From positions 32,001 to 96,000 of the forward strand of contig JAGVFW010000004.1 in assembly GCA_020057405.1 (NCBI GenBank): a DNA stretch of 64,000 nucleotides, in the 5' to 3' direction. Positions 1 through 8,783 of the stretch are shown here, piece after piece. Each line of letters starts with the position of its first letter. Within the stretch, counting starts at the first letter, position 1. The stretch comes from an archaeon (lineage in GTDB: Archaea > Micrarchaeota > Micrarchaeia > Norongarragalinales > UBA97). The notes beneath the pieces were generated by a model. It ran no database searches and had not been told where the DNA came from. It worked only from the letters and a program-made list of their open reading frames with translations. Position numbers and translations under genes: made by a program.

Positions 1-1298
1 ACATCGGTGAGCTTGGGCTTGCCCTCGGTGAGTGTGCCAGTCTTGTCAAACACCACCGTGTCGATATCGCGAGCCGACTGCAGCGCCTTTGATGTCTTGA
101 AGAGAATGCCGTGCTCAGCACCAAGGCCTGTTCCCATCACGATTGCGGTTGGCGTTGCGAGGCCAAGGGCGCACGGGCAGGCGATGATGAGGACCGCAAC
201 CGCTGCGGTAAAAGCAAACGGCAGGGTCGCTCCTGCAACGAAATACCAGTAGACAAACGCGAGGGCAGAAACTAGGGCAACCGCGGGCACAAAATACGCG
301 CTCACCTTGTCAACGAGCTCCTGGATTGGCGCCTTGCTTGCCTGCGCGTCCTGTACCATCTTAATGATTTGGGCGAGCATGGTCTCGCTGCCAACCTTGG
401 TTGCCTTAAAGCGCAGAAAACCGTTCTTGTTTATGGTCGCACCGATGACGGTGCCGCCCTTTTTCTTGAGAACAGGCATGCTTTCCCCAGTCACCATCGA
501 CTCGTCAACCGCGCTCTCGCCATCGACGACGATACCGTCAACCGGAATTTTTTCGCCGGGCTTCACAAGGACAATGTCGCCAACGAGAACCTGCTCGATT
601 GGCACTTCAACCTCGCGGCCCTTGCGCACAACACGGGCAGTCTTTGCCTGCATGCCAATGAGCTTCTTTATCGCCTCGCTCGTGCGACCGCGGGCGCGCG
701 CTTCGAGGAGCTTGCCAAGCGCGATGAAGGTTAGAAGGAAGGTGGCGACCTCGTAGTAAAGCGCACCCGGGAAACCAAGCGTGGTTGCCACGCTGAAGGC
801 AAAGGCGGCGCCAACGCCAATGGCAAGAAGCGAGTCCATCGACGGGCTGCCGACGAGAATCGCCTTCGCGCCGCGCACGAAAATCACGCGGTTGACCCAA
901 AGCACGGCACTAGCGAGCAGCATCTGAGCGATTCCGGCAGAGGGCATTAGCTCCTCTGGCACGAAGGCCGGAACAATCCCCAGTTCGGACAAGAACATAG
1001 CAAAAAGCGGCAGGCTGAGCGCTAGCGAGAACTTGAAGCGGAAGGCGTAAGACGCGATTTCCTTCTCCCGCGCCTCCTTTTCCGTGTCCGTGCCTACTGG
1101 CCACGGCTCGGCGTCAAAGCCCGCGTCAATGACGGCATTGCGCAACTCGTCGAAGGAAGCAGAGCCTTCAACGTCGGCGCGGTCGCCGGCAACGAGGGCG
1201 CTGGAAACGCCTTTTACTGAGCGCAAGGACCGCTCAATTTTAGCCAAGTCGGCTTTTGCTGAAGCGCCCAGTATGTGTAAAACGAGTTTTCCTGCCAT
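1..1298 (-). CDS. copA: Cu(I)-type P1B heavy-metal ATPase, N-terminal part (runs off window start)
   Basis: Manual translation from ATG 1298: [22 protein letters not shown] and FDKTGTLT motifs; not in ORF track because the stop lies outside the window. Confidence 0.95.
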   Translation of the reverse strand, partial: MAGKLVLHILGASAKADLAKIERSLRSVKGVSSALVAGDRADVEGSASFDELRNAVIDAGFDAEPWPVGTDTEKEAREKEIASYAFRFKFSLALSLPLFAMFLSELGIVPAFVPEELMPSAGIAQMLLASAVLWVNRVIFVRGAKAILVGSPSMDSLLAIGVGAAFAFSVATTLGFPGALYYEVATFLLTFIALGKLLEARARGRTSEAIKKLIGMQAKTARVVRKGREVEVPIEQVLVGDIVLVKPGEKIPVDGIVVDGESAVDESMVTGESMPVLKKKGGTVIGATINKNGFLRFKATKVGSETMLAQIIKMVQDAQASKAPIQELVDKVSAYFVPAVALVSALAFVYWYFVAGATLPFAFTAAVAVLIIACPCALGLATPTAIVMGTGLGAEHGILFKTSKALQSARDIDTVVFDKTGTLTEGKPKLTD

Positions 1299-1306
1299 CG
1301 TAATTC

Positions 1307-1513
1307 TCACACTGCCGTGTCGTAGCCAGCCTTCTTGACTGCCTCGCGTATCTGAGTAGGCGAAGCCGCACGCGGGTCGTAGTCAACAGCCATCTTGCCG
1401 GATGCGAAGCTCACGTCAACCCCGCTAACGCCGGCAACCTTGCCGACAGCCTTCTTAATGGTGGCCGCGCAGCTGGCGCAATCCATTCCGCTTACCTTGA
1501 AATTTGCTTTCAT
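1307..1513 (-). CDS. copZ: HMA copper chaperone
   Basis: [15 protein letters not shown]...AGY, 68 aa. Confidence 0.9.
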   Translation of the reverse strand: MKANFKVSGMDCASCAATIKKAVGKVAGVSGVDVSFASGKMAVDYDPRAASPTQIREAVKKAGYDTAV

Positions 1514-1788
1514 TGTCTCAACCCCCAATTGTAAGTAACTGCGATTAGCCAGCCGACGAAACCGCCGACGAGCAAGCCGAGTGCCGCCCCGACAAACAAT
1601 CCGCCAAAACCAAAGGCGGGGCTGCCAAATTGCATCATGCCGTAATACCGCGAACCGAATGCGCCGGCCATCATGCCCGACGCCCCCCATCCGAAAAGCC
1701 CCATGCCCGCGTGCAGCACGACGCCAGTCAAGGCACCTGAAATTGTGGCGGCCTTTTCATTCAATTTTCCGTACATCTTCATTCCCAT
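1510..1788 (-). CDS. Small Gly/Met-rich membrane protein, possibly DUF5676-like
   Basis: Two hydrophobic segments, HAGMG/GMM/YGMM, ends YNW; stop overlaps copZ start. Confidence 0.65.
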   Translation of the reverse strand: MGMKMYGKLNEKAATISGALTGVVLHAGMGLFGWGASGMMAGAFGSRYYGMMQFGSPAFGFGGLFVGAALGLLVGGFVGWLIAVTYNWGLRQ

Positions 1789-1801
1789 CAACCCCAAAAT
1801 T

Positions 1802-2722
1802 TTACGAAGCGCCGGCCCAGGCGAAAGCCGCGCGCGGGCCCCAGACGAGCAGGGCGCCGAAAACCGCGAACACCGCGACGTTCGCTGCAATCGACTTTGC
1901 CAATATCGGCACTGACGAAGGCAACACGCTGCCGCCCTCGCGCAACATCATGTACGAAAGGCCAAGCAGGACGAATATGCACGACGCAAACAGGAAAATC
2001 AGGAATAGCAGGACGTTGTCGTTAAAGAGCATCACCGAAAGCATCGCGCCCATTGTCCCGGACATTATGCCCGCCATCAGGCCTTCAAGGATGCCCATCA
2101 CGCCGTTGCGCGCCCCGGCAATTGCGCCCATGCCCATGCCAATAGCCATGCCGACGATCGAGCCAACGAGCATTCCGTTTGCCGCGCCCGAAAGCGCACC
2201 CGCCAAGAAGCCCGCCATCATTCCTATAGTCATGCCTATCATCATCCCACTCATGCACGAGAAGGGCTGCCTAAACGCGCGGAAGTGGATGAGTGCCGTG
2301 CTGCACGCGACAGTGCCCACCGCGGCGAGTGCCAGCAAGGGCACGAAGCGCGGGGAAACAATCTGCAGCACATAAGTTAAGAGAAACAAGCCAGCGAGCA
2401 TGATAAGAAGGGAAAACATCGACGACTCGGCAATGCGCCGCTCGGCGTCAAAGTCCGTCGAGTTCGACAAGAGCTTCCCCAAGAACGCCAGCGGCCTCGC
2501 CATCACGCCCCGGTTGGTGTCGTTCCCGTCAACGCCGTAACCCGCCTCAATCAAGGCCGCCTTTAGGTCGTCGAGTTGGGCGTCCGAATTGACTTCCACC
2601 ACGAGCCGTCCCATTGAATAGTCGATGTCCTTGACGCTAGCGCCAATTCTCTCGACAACCCGCGAGATGACGCGGGCGCACGAATCGCATTCAAGGCCAG
2701 TAAGCCTGAGTTCATGTTCCAA
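1802..2722 (-). CDS. HMA domain fused to Met/Gly-rich multipass membrane domain
   Basis: N-terminal GLECDSC; CMSGMMIGMTIGMMAG and EGLMAGIMSGTMGAM helices. Confidence 0.8.
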   Translation of the reverse strand: MEHELRLTGLECDSCARVISRVVERIGASVKDIDYSMGRLVVEVNSDAQLDDLKAALIEAGYGVDGNDTNRGVMARPLAFLGKLLSNSTDFDAERRIAESSMFSLLIMLAGLFLLTYVLQIVSPRFVPLLALAAVGTVACSTALIHFRAFRQPFSCMSGMMIGMTIGMMAGFLAGALSGAANGMLVGSIVGMAIGMGMGAIAGARNGVMGILEGLMAGIMSGTMGAMLSVMLFNDNVLLFLIFLFASCIFVLLGLSYMMLREGGSVLPSSVPILAKSIAANVAVFAVFGALLVWGPRAAFAWAGAS

Positions 2723-2723
2723 T

Positions 2724-2930
2724 TCAATTCCCCCCGTTTACCTTGTAGCCCTCGGCCTCGATTGCCTTTCGGGCTGATTCAAACTTTGCCTCGTCATGCG
2801 CCTCGGCCTCCACAATCCCCGCGGCATAGTCGGCCCGCACTACTTTTAGCCCGGCGTCCTCGACGGCCATGGTCAAGAGCTTCTCGCAGCTCTTGCAGTG
2901 CATTCCTTCAACGTGAAAAGTTTTTCTCAT
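2724..2930 (-). CDS. copZ: HMA copper chaperone (second copy)
   Basis: VEGMHCKSC...EGY. Confidence 0.9.
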   Translation of the reverse strand: MRKTFHVEGMHCKSCEKLLTMAVEDAGLKVVRADYAAGIVEAEAHDEAKFESARKAIEAEGYKVNGGN

Positions 2931-3374
2931 TTAAACTGCCTCCAAAGTCTTATGCAAACCCCAGTACACCAGGGCTACCGAAGCGGCAGCCAGCACGGTG
3001 CCGTAAGCGGAAAGGAAGTAAAGCGACTGCGCGCCCACCAGCCACGCGAGAACCGGCGGGCAGTAGGGGCACGCGCTTGCGAGCAAGCCCACCGAACCCC
3101 CCGCGACCCCAGCCGCGCAGGTCTTTGGGGAAACGCGTTTCAGGTAAAGCCACGCTGCCGCGAGCAAGCCGCTGCCTGCCGCTGCCAGCACCATCAAGAC
3201 TGCAGCCACGGGCTCTATCCCAAGGGGGTTGGACTCCATCGTGCCAAGAATGAAGAAGTTGCCAAGCACCGCGTAGGCTGCCGCAAGCACTATGGTCACG
3301 ACCGCGAAGGCTGCCGCCGGCGCCTTGTGGGATAGTATCCTGCGCAGTTTCGCAAAGTCTTTCAAGCAACTCAA
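2931..3374 (-). CDS. Membrane protein with CPYC motif
   Basis: About 4 TM segments, LLASACPYCPP; tightly coupled to neighbours. Confidence 0.7.
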   Translation of the reverse strand: MSCLKDFAKLRRILSHKAPAAAFAVVTIVLAAAYAVLGNFFILGTMESNPLGIEPVAAVLMVLAAAGSGLLAAAWLYLKRVSPKTCAAGVAGGSVGLLASACPYCPPVLAWLVGAQSLYFLSAYGTVLAAASVALVYWGLHKTLEAV

Positions 3375-3817
3375 CTCGCCTCAAGCACTCCCCGAAACAT
3401 CCTCATCGAGCAGCTGTATTCATATTTGCCTGGCTTGGGGGTGAATTCCGCCACCTGCTCCTCGCCGTTTCGCGAGACCAGCTGCACGCCGAAATCGCGC
3501 ATGATGAAGGCCCTTCCACAGCCCGCGCGGGGGTCTGCAGAGAAGTGCACCCTCACCGGCTCGTTGGCCCTTACTTTTACAGTAGGCTTGTCGTAAACGC
3601 CGGCGTCAAGCGCGCGCAAGTAAATGTCCTGCACGCCGCTAGAGCCCTGCGGGGTTGGCGTTATGCCCTGCTGTGCAGGCGCTTGGCTGGCGTCTTGAGC
3701 GTAGGTGGGCGCAGCCTTAAACGGCCTGGCACCAGCGGTACCCGCAACCATGAACAAGCCGACTACCACCATTACTCCCATGAGTAGCGTTATGAGCGCA
3801 AGATTGCCTTTCAACAT
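3371..3817 (-). CDS. Membrane-anchored cupredoxin-domain protein
   Basis: N-terminal TM; GC..F and YEYSCSMRMFRG (CupA/Cupredoxin_1-like). Confidence 0.85.
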   Translation of the reverse strand: MLKGNLALITLLMGVMVVVGLFMVAGTAGARPFKAAPTYAQDASQAPAQQGITPTPQGSSGVQDIYLRALDAGVYDKPTVKVRANEPVRVHFSADPRAGCGRAFIMRDFGVQLVSRNGEEQVAEFTPKPGKYEYSCSMRMFRGVLEAS

Positions 3818-3871
3818 TTTTCCAATCCCCCGCGGCCGCTTTCCGGCGAGCTTAAATTCTTTTCCACAGTA

Positions 3872-3916
3872 TTTCATTGACTGAAACAATACTTATAGAT
3901 TGGTGAAACAATGTTT
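3872..3916. promoter_or_regulatory. Candidate operator in divergent promoter
   Basis: TTTCA-N5-TGAAA (3872-3886), TGAAACAAT direct repeats (3882, 3904) and AAACA-A-TGTTT around TTATA. Confidence 0.5.
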
Positions 3917-3938
3917 TGGAAGGACGGGGAGACGTTTC

Positions 3939-4430
3939 ATGGCCGGAAACTTTAGCTTGCGGCGGCGCGTGGGCCTAGCTGCGGCAGTGGCAGGCGCCTT
4001 TACGCTGCTGTTTACCGTACTCGTGTTTACCTACAGCTTCCCAGCAAGCACACCCGACTCGCTCAAGGTATTCATCATCTACCACTTCGAGTTCATGATA
4101 GCGATGGTTGGCCTCGGCGTCCTCGCCGGCGCGGCAATACTTTACCTGATGGGCGAGGAAGTCAAGCACCAGCACGAGGAATCAAAACTCAACGCCGAGC
4201 TCGCCCTCTCGCTCCTCCACAGCGACGAGCGCAAGGCAATCAAGCTGCTTTTGGAAAAAGACGGGGTTGCCGGCCAGGCGGAAGTCGCGCGCCTCGACGG
4301 GATGACGCGCCTCAAGGCGCACCGGACCGCCAAGAGCCTCTCCGCCCGCGGCCTCGTATCTCTGGAAAGAAACGGCAAGGCCGTCAACCTCAAGCTCGCC
4401 GACAACGTCCTGCAGGCGCTGGCGAAATAA
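3939..4430 (+). CDS. Two-TM membrane-anchored winged-helix transcriptional regulator
   Basis: Two TMs followed by DERKAIKLL...QAEVARL..MTRLKAHR..L..RGLV wHTH. Confidence 0.8.
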   Translation: MAGNFSLRRRVGLAAAVAGAFTLLFTVLVFTYSFPASTPDSLKVFIIYHFEFMIAMVGLGVLAGAAILYLMGEEVKHQHEESKLNAELALSLLHSDERKAIKLLLEKDGVAGQAEVARLDGMTRLKAHRTAKSLSARGLVSLERNGKAVNLKLADNVLQALAK

Positions 4431-4431
4431 G

Positions 4432-4692
4432 TTACTTGCGCGAGAGGTGGTTGTAGATTTTCGCGAACGCTGCGCCGGTGACGAGCCCGAAGGCAACCCA
4501 CGCAACGAGGCCGACCGCGAAGCCGCCGGCCGTGGGTAGTTGCGTCGCAAGCACCACGCCGTGAAACATTCCCCGTCCGAGTGCACTCAAAGTGTCAGGA
4601 AACGCGTAAGCAGCAGCCGAACAAATCGCATACCAACCGCCGAGCACTCCTGCCAATGAAACGCCAGCCGCCTTTGCATCCATTCCAGCCAT
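4432..4692 (-). CDS. DUF5676-like small membrane protein
   Basis: YAICS...MFHG...FAKIYN pattern. Confidence 0.7.
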   Translation of the reverse strand: MAGMDAKAAGVSLAGVLGGWYAICSAAAYAFPDTLSALGRGMFHGVVLATQLPTAGGFAVGLVAWVAFGLVTGAAFAKIYNHLSRK

Positions 4693-4802
4693 ACTCAACC
4701 ACCCCGGTTCGCCGGCCTCAAGCGGCCGAACACAATCGCATCATGCCTGGGGCCGCCGCGCAAAAGCGGCCGGAGCACATCAAAACCTGCGCAGCCTGAG
4801 CG

Positions 4803-5567
4803 CTATGCCTTGAATTTTGCAGCTGCGCTGAACTTCGCCTTTGCCGAGGCAACGAAGCGGCCGGTGCCTTGCACACGGTCGGCGTAGCCGTCGGCCGCCA
4901 GCTCGTCGCCAGAAAGGTCGTTGAAGAACGACGGCCGGCTGAACGGGAGGAAGAGGCCGTAGAGAACCGACAAGACCTTGAAGCTTGGGCTCTTGCACGA
5001 AAGGTGGTAAAGCTCATGGAGCGCAACCGCCTCTTGCTCTTTGCGCGTGAGGAGCTCAAGGACGCCAACAGACACCACAATGGTTGGAGAAACCGCAGTC
5101 ATTGAATAAGCGACTGGCGCGTGCACTTGAAGGACCATCAGCCGCGGCGCCGGAATGCCTAGTTTGGCTGCCTCGGCGCGAACAAAAGCGGCGAGCGGAT
5201 TGGCGCGGTCAATAGGCGCGCAATTGAGCGTCCGCAAAGTCGGGATTAGCAGGTAATAGAATGTGAAGGCAAGCACTAGAGATACCGGAAACACTAGGAG
5301 GAAAGTTTGGGAAATGGTGACCGCGCACTCAAGCGAGTGGATTGCCGAACAGCTTAGGCTCAAGGCAAGCAAGGTCAGCGGAAAGGCAACTGCAAGCAGG
5401 TTGAGGAACATCAGGAGGCTCTTGCGCCTGAGATTTGCCTCCTTGCGCACCGCCGAGTAGAGCAGCAGGGCAACCATTATTGAAGAAATGAACAGGCCGA
5501 GCTTAAGCGGGTCGGCGACAAAAGCGCTGACGCCATCAAGCACGTGCTCAACCATCAGGTTGTCCAT
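4803..5567 (-). CDS. BlaR1/M56-M48-type membrane zinc metalloprotease
   Basis: Three TMs, AVALHELYHL, ELAAD; downstream of BlaI-type gene. Confidence 0.88.
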   Translation of the reverse strand: MDNLMVEHVLDGVSAFVADPLKLGLFISSIMVALLLYSAVRKEANLRRKSLLMFLNLLAVAFPLTLLALSLSCSAIHSLECAVTISQTFLLVFPVSLVLAFTFYYLLIPTLRTLNCAPIDRANPLAAFVRAEAAKLGIPAPRLMVLQVHAPVAYSMTAVSPTIVVSVGVLELLTRKEQEAVALHELYHLSCKSPSFKVLSVLYGLFLPFSRPSFFNDLSGDELAADGYADRVQGTGRFVASAKAKFSAAAKFKA

Positions 5568-5579
5568 TTTGGTTTTTCC

Positions 5580-5963
5580 CTATTTATTATTACTGAATCG
5601 CTCGTTAAAATAGCTGACTGCTGTTGCCCCGAACATGGCCACCAGCCTGTCGGCGACAGTCGCCAAGACCTTCTTCTCCAACTCGTTCTTCGAGCCTGCA
5701 GGCGAGTACAAGTAGTATGTGCCACCCCGGCCCGTAAGCGCCCGCCGCGTGACTAGCCCCTTGTCAAAAAGCCGGTCGAGCAGCACTGCTACGCTAGTCA
5801 CCGCCGCCTTTGAGCGCAGCTTCAAGTGCACCTCGCGCACGCGCATTGGCGACTGGCTAGTGCAAAGCACGTCGAGGATTTCGCCCTCAAGCGGGCCGAG
5901 GAAAGAGTCGAAAGACTGCTTGCTACCGCCACGAGCGAGTCTGATGTTGTTCAGCCTTACCAT
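5580..5963 (-). CDS. BlaI/MecI/CopY family repressor
   Basis: LGPLEGEILDVL...VREVH...TSVAVLLDRLFDKGLVTR. Confidence 0.9.
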   Translation of the reverse strand: MVRLNNIRLARGGSKQSFDSFLGPLEGEILDVLCTSQSPMRVREVHLKLRSKAAVTSVAVLLDRLFDKGLVTRRALTGRGGTYYLYSPAGSKNELEKKVLATVADRLVAMFGATAVSYFNERFSNNK

Positions 5964-6012
5964 AACCATCCAACTCTTACATACACTTCTTGCACACACC
6001 ACTATTAAAGAC

Positions 6013-6067
6013 TTACTGCTTCAGTAAAGCTTATATATTAGCTATTACAAGATATGTAAGACTTACA
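6013..6067. promoter_or_regulatory. Paired palindromic operators flanking a TATA box
   Basis: TTACT-N5-AGTAA (6013-6027), TTATATA (6031), TTACA-N5-TGTAA (6045-6059), extra TTACA half site at 6063. Confidence 0.7.
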
Positions 6068-6117
6068 AGCGCGCGTTGCTTTGGCTTGGTTTGTTTGAAA
6101 AAAAAGGTGATGGGAAT

Positions 6118-6942
6118 ATGGGTGAATCGGGTTCGCACAATGATGAGGAAAAGACGCACCACGGAGGCGGGCTTCTTAGTTCCAACAAACTGTTTTACGC
6201 ACTCGCAATCGCAGTGTTTGCGGTCCTCGCCTTCAACCAAATACAGCTTTCTTCACTAAATGCCGCGGCTGCTTCACAGGCAATCCTGCTAAGCTCACAG
6301 CAGCAAATCGCGGCAGCGCAGTCCCAGGTGGCGGCACAAGCCCAGCCGGCGGCAGCGCAGGCCCAGGCAGCGGCCGCCCCGGTCCAGGCCGGTAGCACGG
6401 TAAACCTGCAGGAACTCGCAGACAAGGTGATTCCCCAGGGCGTGCCGGCAATCTACGGCACGGAGCTTGGCGTCACATATAGCGACCCCGTAAACAGCAT
6501 GAACACACTTGCTGCCCTCGACGACGGCAAGGGATTGCCTGACACTATCCAGAACCAGCGGTACGTAAGCATCGCATCACAGATGGCCTGCGAATACTGC
6601 TGCGGGGCAAATACGCTTATTGCCGGGGATGGCAGCGCGGCTTGCGGGTGCGCGCACAGCTACGCAATGAGGGGCCTGGCAAAGTACCTTGTTGTGAAGC
6701 ACGGTTCCGAATTCACTGACGAGCAGATTCTCGCGGAGCTGGGCAAGTGGAAGACGCTGTTCTTCCCCAAGCAAATCCTGACGAAAGCCATTGAGTTCTC
6801 TTCGGCTGGCAAGGACATCAGCATCATCGACCTTACCAGCAACGAGTTCCGCGGCTTTACGGCGCCGGCGCAGGCAGCGTCGGGCGGCCAGTCGGCAGTC
6901 GGCAGCATCGCCAACCTGCCAAACATGGTCGGCGGATGCTGA
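6118..6942 (+). CDS. Membrane-anchored Cys/His-motif protein ending LPNMVGGC
   Basis: TM, Ala/Gln linker, CEYCCG...CGCAH. Confidence 0.8.
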   Translation: MGESGSHNDEEKTHHGGGLLSSNKLFYALAIAVFAVLAFNQIQLSSLNAAAASQAILLSSQQQIAAAQSQVAAQAQPAAAQAQAAAAPVQAGSTVNLQELADKVIPQGVPAIYGTELGVTYSDPVNSMNTLAALDDGKGLPDTIQNQRYVSIASQMACEYCCGANTLIAGDGSAACGCAHSYAMRGLAKYLVVKHGSEFTDEQILAELGKWKTLFFPKQILTKAIEFSSAGKDISIIDLTSNEFRGFTAPAQAASGGQSAVGSIANLPNMVGGC

Positions 6943-6945
6943 GGG

Positions 6946-7059
6946 ATGCGATGCAAGAAGTGCGGTAAGCAGTTCCTCGCGTGCTGCGGGGACGAAGCCG
7001 GGCAATGCCGCGAGTGCGACCCAACCCGGCGACAAAGTTCAAAAAAATGGGAGGAATGA
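6946..7059 (+). CDS. 37-aa Cys-rich zinc-ribbon-like microprotein
   Basis: MRCKKCGKQFLACCGDEAGQCRECDPTRRQSSKKWEE; fills the intergenic gap exactly; has a paralog at 8784. Confidence 0.65.
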   Translation: MRCKKCGKQFLACCGDEAGQCRECDPTRRQSSKKWEE

Positions 7060-7063
7060 TTGA

Positions 7064-7387
7064 ATGGACAAAGGACTGGTAAACGGAATGCTGGTGCTCT
7101 TGCTGCTCGTAAGCGGCTTTGAGGCCATGGAGCTCAATTCGATTAAGGGAACGCTGTCCACACAACAGACGCAGGCACTACCCTTTGCGCTGGCATCTGC
7201 GCAAAGCGCGCAGTTAGTGCAGGCGGCCAGCTCAAGCGGCGGTGGCGAGACTTACGACCAGATGATGGCGCGCATGCACCCCGAACAGGCCGCACAGCAG
7301 CAGGCCCAGACGGCCCAAGCGGTAGCGGCTTCGGGTGGCGCGGCTAGTGCGCTGAACAACTTGCCCAACATGGTCGGCGGCTGCTAA
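7064..7387 (+). CDS. Exported low-complexity protein with YDQMMARMH and LPNMVGGC tail
   Basis: N-terminal TM; tail identical to that of the 6118 ORF. Confidence 0.8.
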   Translation: MDKGLVNGMLVLLLLVSGFEAMELNSIKGTLSTQQTQALPFALASAQSAQLVQAASSSGGGETYDQMMARMHPEQAAQQQAQTAQAVAASGGAASALNNLPNMVGGC

Positions 7388-7462
7388 AGCCCCGGGGGGG
7401 CCCAATTTCCCTCTTTTTGGGGATTAACGCAAAGAACGAAAAAATTCGAGGTAGTGGAAACT

Positions 7463-8047
7463 ATGAAAATCGCTTTGGTCGCCCTTCTGGGCTTGTTGCT
7501 GGCAATCTCTGGCGCAGCTAGCGCTTACGCCGGCCCGCAGGTGGTGGTTTACAACAACGAGGCCTGCGGCCACTGCCAGCCGTACGTCAACGAGCTTACC
7601 GCCGGCCTCAAGGCAACAGGCTTTGGCGACATCGAAGTGAGGCAGTTCATCAACAACGAGAGCGTGCGCGCCGAGCTCTCCTCGCTGCAGGCCTCGCGGA
7701 AAGTGCCGCTTGAAATGCAGGGCCACCTTGTCGCGTCAGTTGAAGGCGGCAAGTACTTGTTCGAGGGCCACGTGCCGGTCGCACTCGTCACTGACTTCCT
7801 CAAGAACAAGGCCAAGGACTATCCTGGCGGCATTGTCGTAACCCTTGACTCAATGACAAGCGAGGGGCCGTACAAGGTCTTCGACGGCAGGCAAGTCCGC
7901 GAATTTTCTCCCGGCCAGCCCATAGGCTCTTCAGGCGGCCTGCAGGCAGAAGGTTCTGGAATCGGAGACTACGCCCTTCCTTTCCTGATTATCGCGGCGC
8001 CCCTCGCGCTTTTGGCCCTTGCGGCTAACGGTGGTAAAAATGAATAG
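7463..8047 (+). CDS. Exported thioredoxin-like protein with C-terminal anchor (DUF411-like)
   Basis: Signal peptide, CGHC, FEGHVP, C-terminal TM. Confidence 0.75.
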   Translation: MKIALVALLGLLLAISGAASAYAGPQVVVYNNEACGHCQPYVNELTAGLKATGFGDIEVRQFINNESVRAELSSLQASRKVPLEMQGHLVASVEGGKYLFEGHVPVALVTDFLKNKAKDYPGGIVVTLDSMTSEGPYKVFDGRQVREFSPGQPIGSSGGLQAEGSGIGDYALPFLIIAAPLALLALAANGGKNE

Positions 8048-8774
8048 GAAAAACTTGGCAATAATTGGCGTGGCCGCGTTTCTTGCGGCTACTATCCTGG
8101 CGTTTTCGGGAAGCCTCCTTGCAACGGTTCTAGTTGCGGGCTTCCTTGACGGCATCCACCCGTGCGGCATTGGCGTGCTGTTGTTCTTCGCTGCCTTCCT
8201 GCTCTCGATAAGGAAAGCGCGGCGCGACATACTGGTTGCCGGAGGCGTTTACATCGCAGGCGTGTTCCTCGCCTACCTGCTCATCGGCCTAAGTATAATG
8301 AAGGCCGCGACTTTCTTCCCTCCAATGTTCATGGGCCAACTTAGCGCGGTTCTCCTAGCGGCATTGGGGTTGCTTACCGCAAGGGATGCCCTCGCCGGCA
8401 CCCAAACGCTCAAACTCCCGTCCTTCTCGCGTCCCTGGATACAGGACCTCATCCAAAAAGCCACGCTACCGGCTGCCCTAGCGGCTGGAGTGGTAGTCGG
8501 GCTCTGCGCGTTTCCGTGCGCAGGCGGGATTTACGTAGCCATAATAGGTCTGCTTGCGTCGCGGGTGGACTTCGCGTCAAGCCTTTCTTACCTAGTCGCT
8601 TACAACCTCGCGTTCGTACTTCCACTGGTCTTCCTCTTGTTGGCCGCAACCAACCGGCGGATGGTGGAAAAACTCGAGGCCGCAGAGAGGGCCAACAGGA
8701 AGACGTACAAGCTTGTCTTCGCGGCCGTGCTGCTAGCGCTGGCCGTGGCAGTTTACCTTGGAACCGTGGGATGA
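8040..8774 (+). CDS. CcdA/DsbD-like transmembrane thiol-reduction protein
   Basis: GFLDGIHPC and LCAFPCAGGIY, YN..F.LP motifs. Confidence 0.85.
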   Translation: MNRKNLAIIGVAAFLAATILAFSGSLLATVLVAGFLDGIHPCGIGVLLFFAAFLLSIRKARRDILVAGGVYIAGVFLAYLLIGLSIMKAATFFPPMFMGQLSAVLLAALGLLTARDALAGTQTLKLPSFSRPWIQDLIQKATLPAALAAGVVVGLCAFPCAGGIYVAIIGLLASRVDFASSLSYLVAYNLAFVLPLVFLLLAATNRRMVEKLEAAERANRKTYKLVFAAVLLALAVAVYLGTVG

Positions 8775-8783
8775 GAAACCCAA

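Noticed and set aside
1581-2375. Long antisense and alternate-frame ORFs (e.g. 1581-2375+, 11591-12397-, 17080-17817+, 49865-50716-)
   Set aside because: Shadows of well-supported genes on the opposite strand in GC-rich coding DNA.
4718-4780. 20-aa Cys/Met ORF MCSGRFCAAAPGMMRLCSAA on the minus strand
   Set aside because: No clear SD, paralog or motif; could be chance in a GC-rich spacer.
6934-6948. GGA TGC TGA GGG ATG would read G-C-U-G (TrxR-like selenocysteine motif) in frame with the downstream microprotein
   Set aside because: The paralogous MVGGC tail at 7387 ends in TAA, no SECIS is recognisable and no Sec machinery is in the window; TGA is most likely a plain stop.
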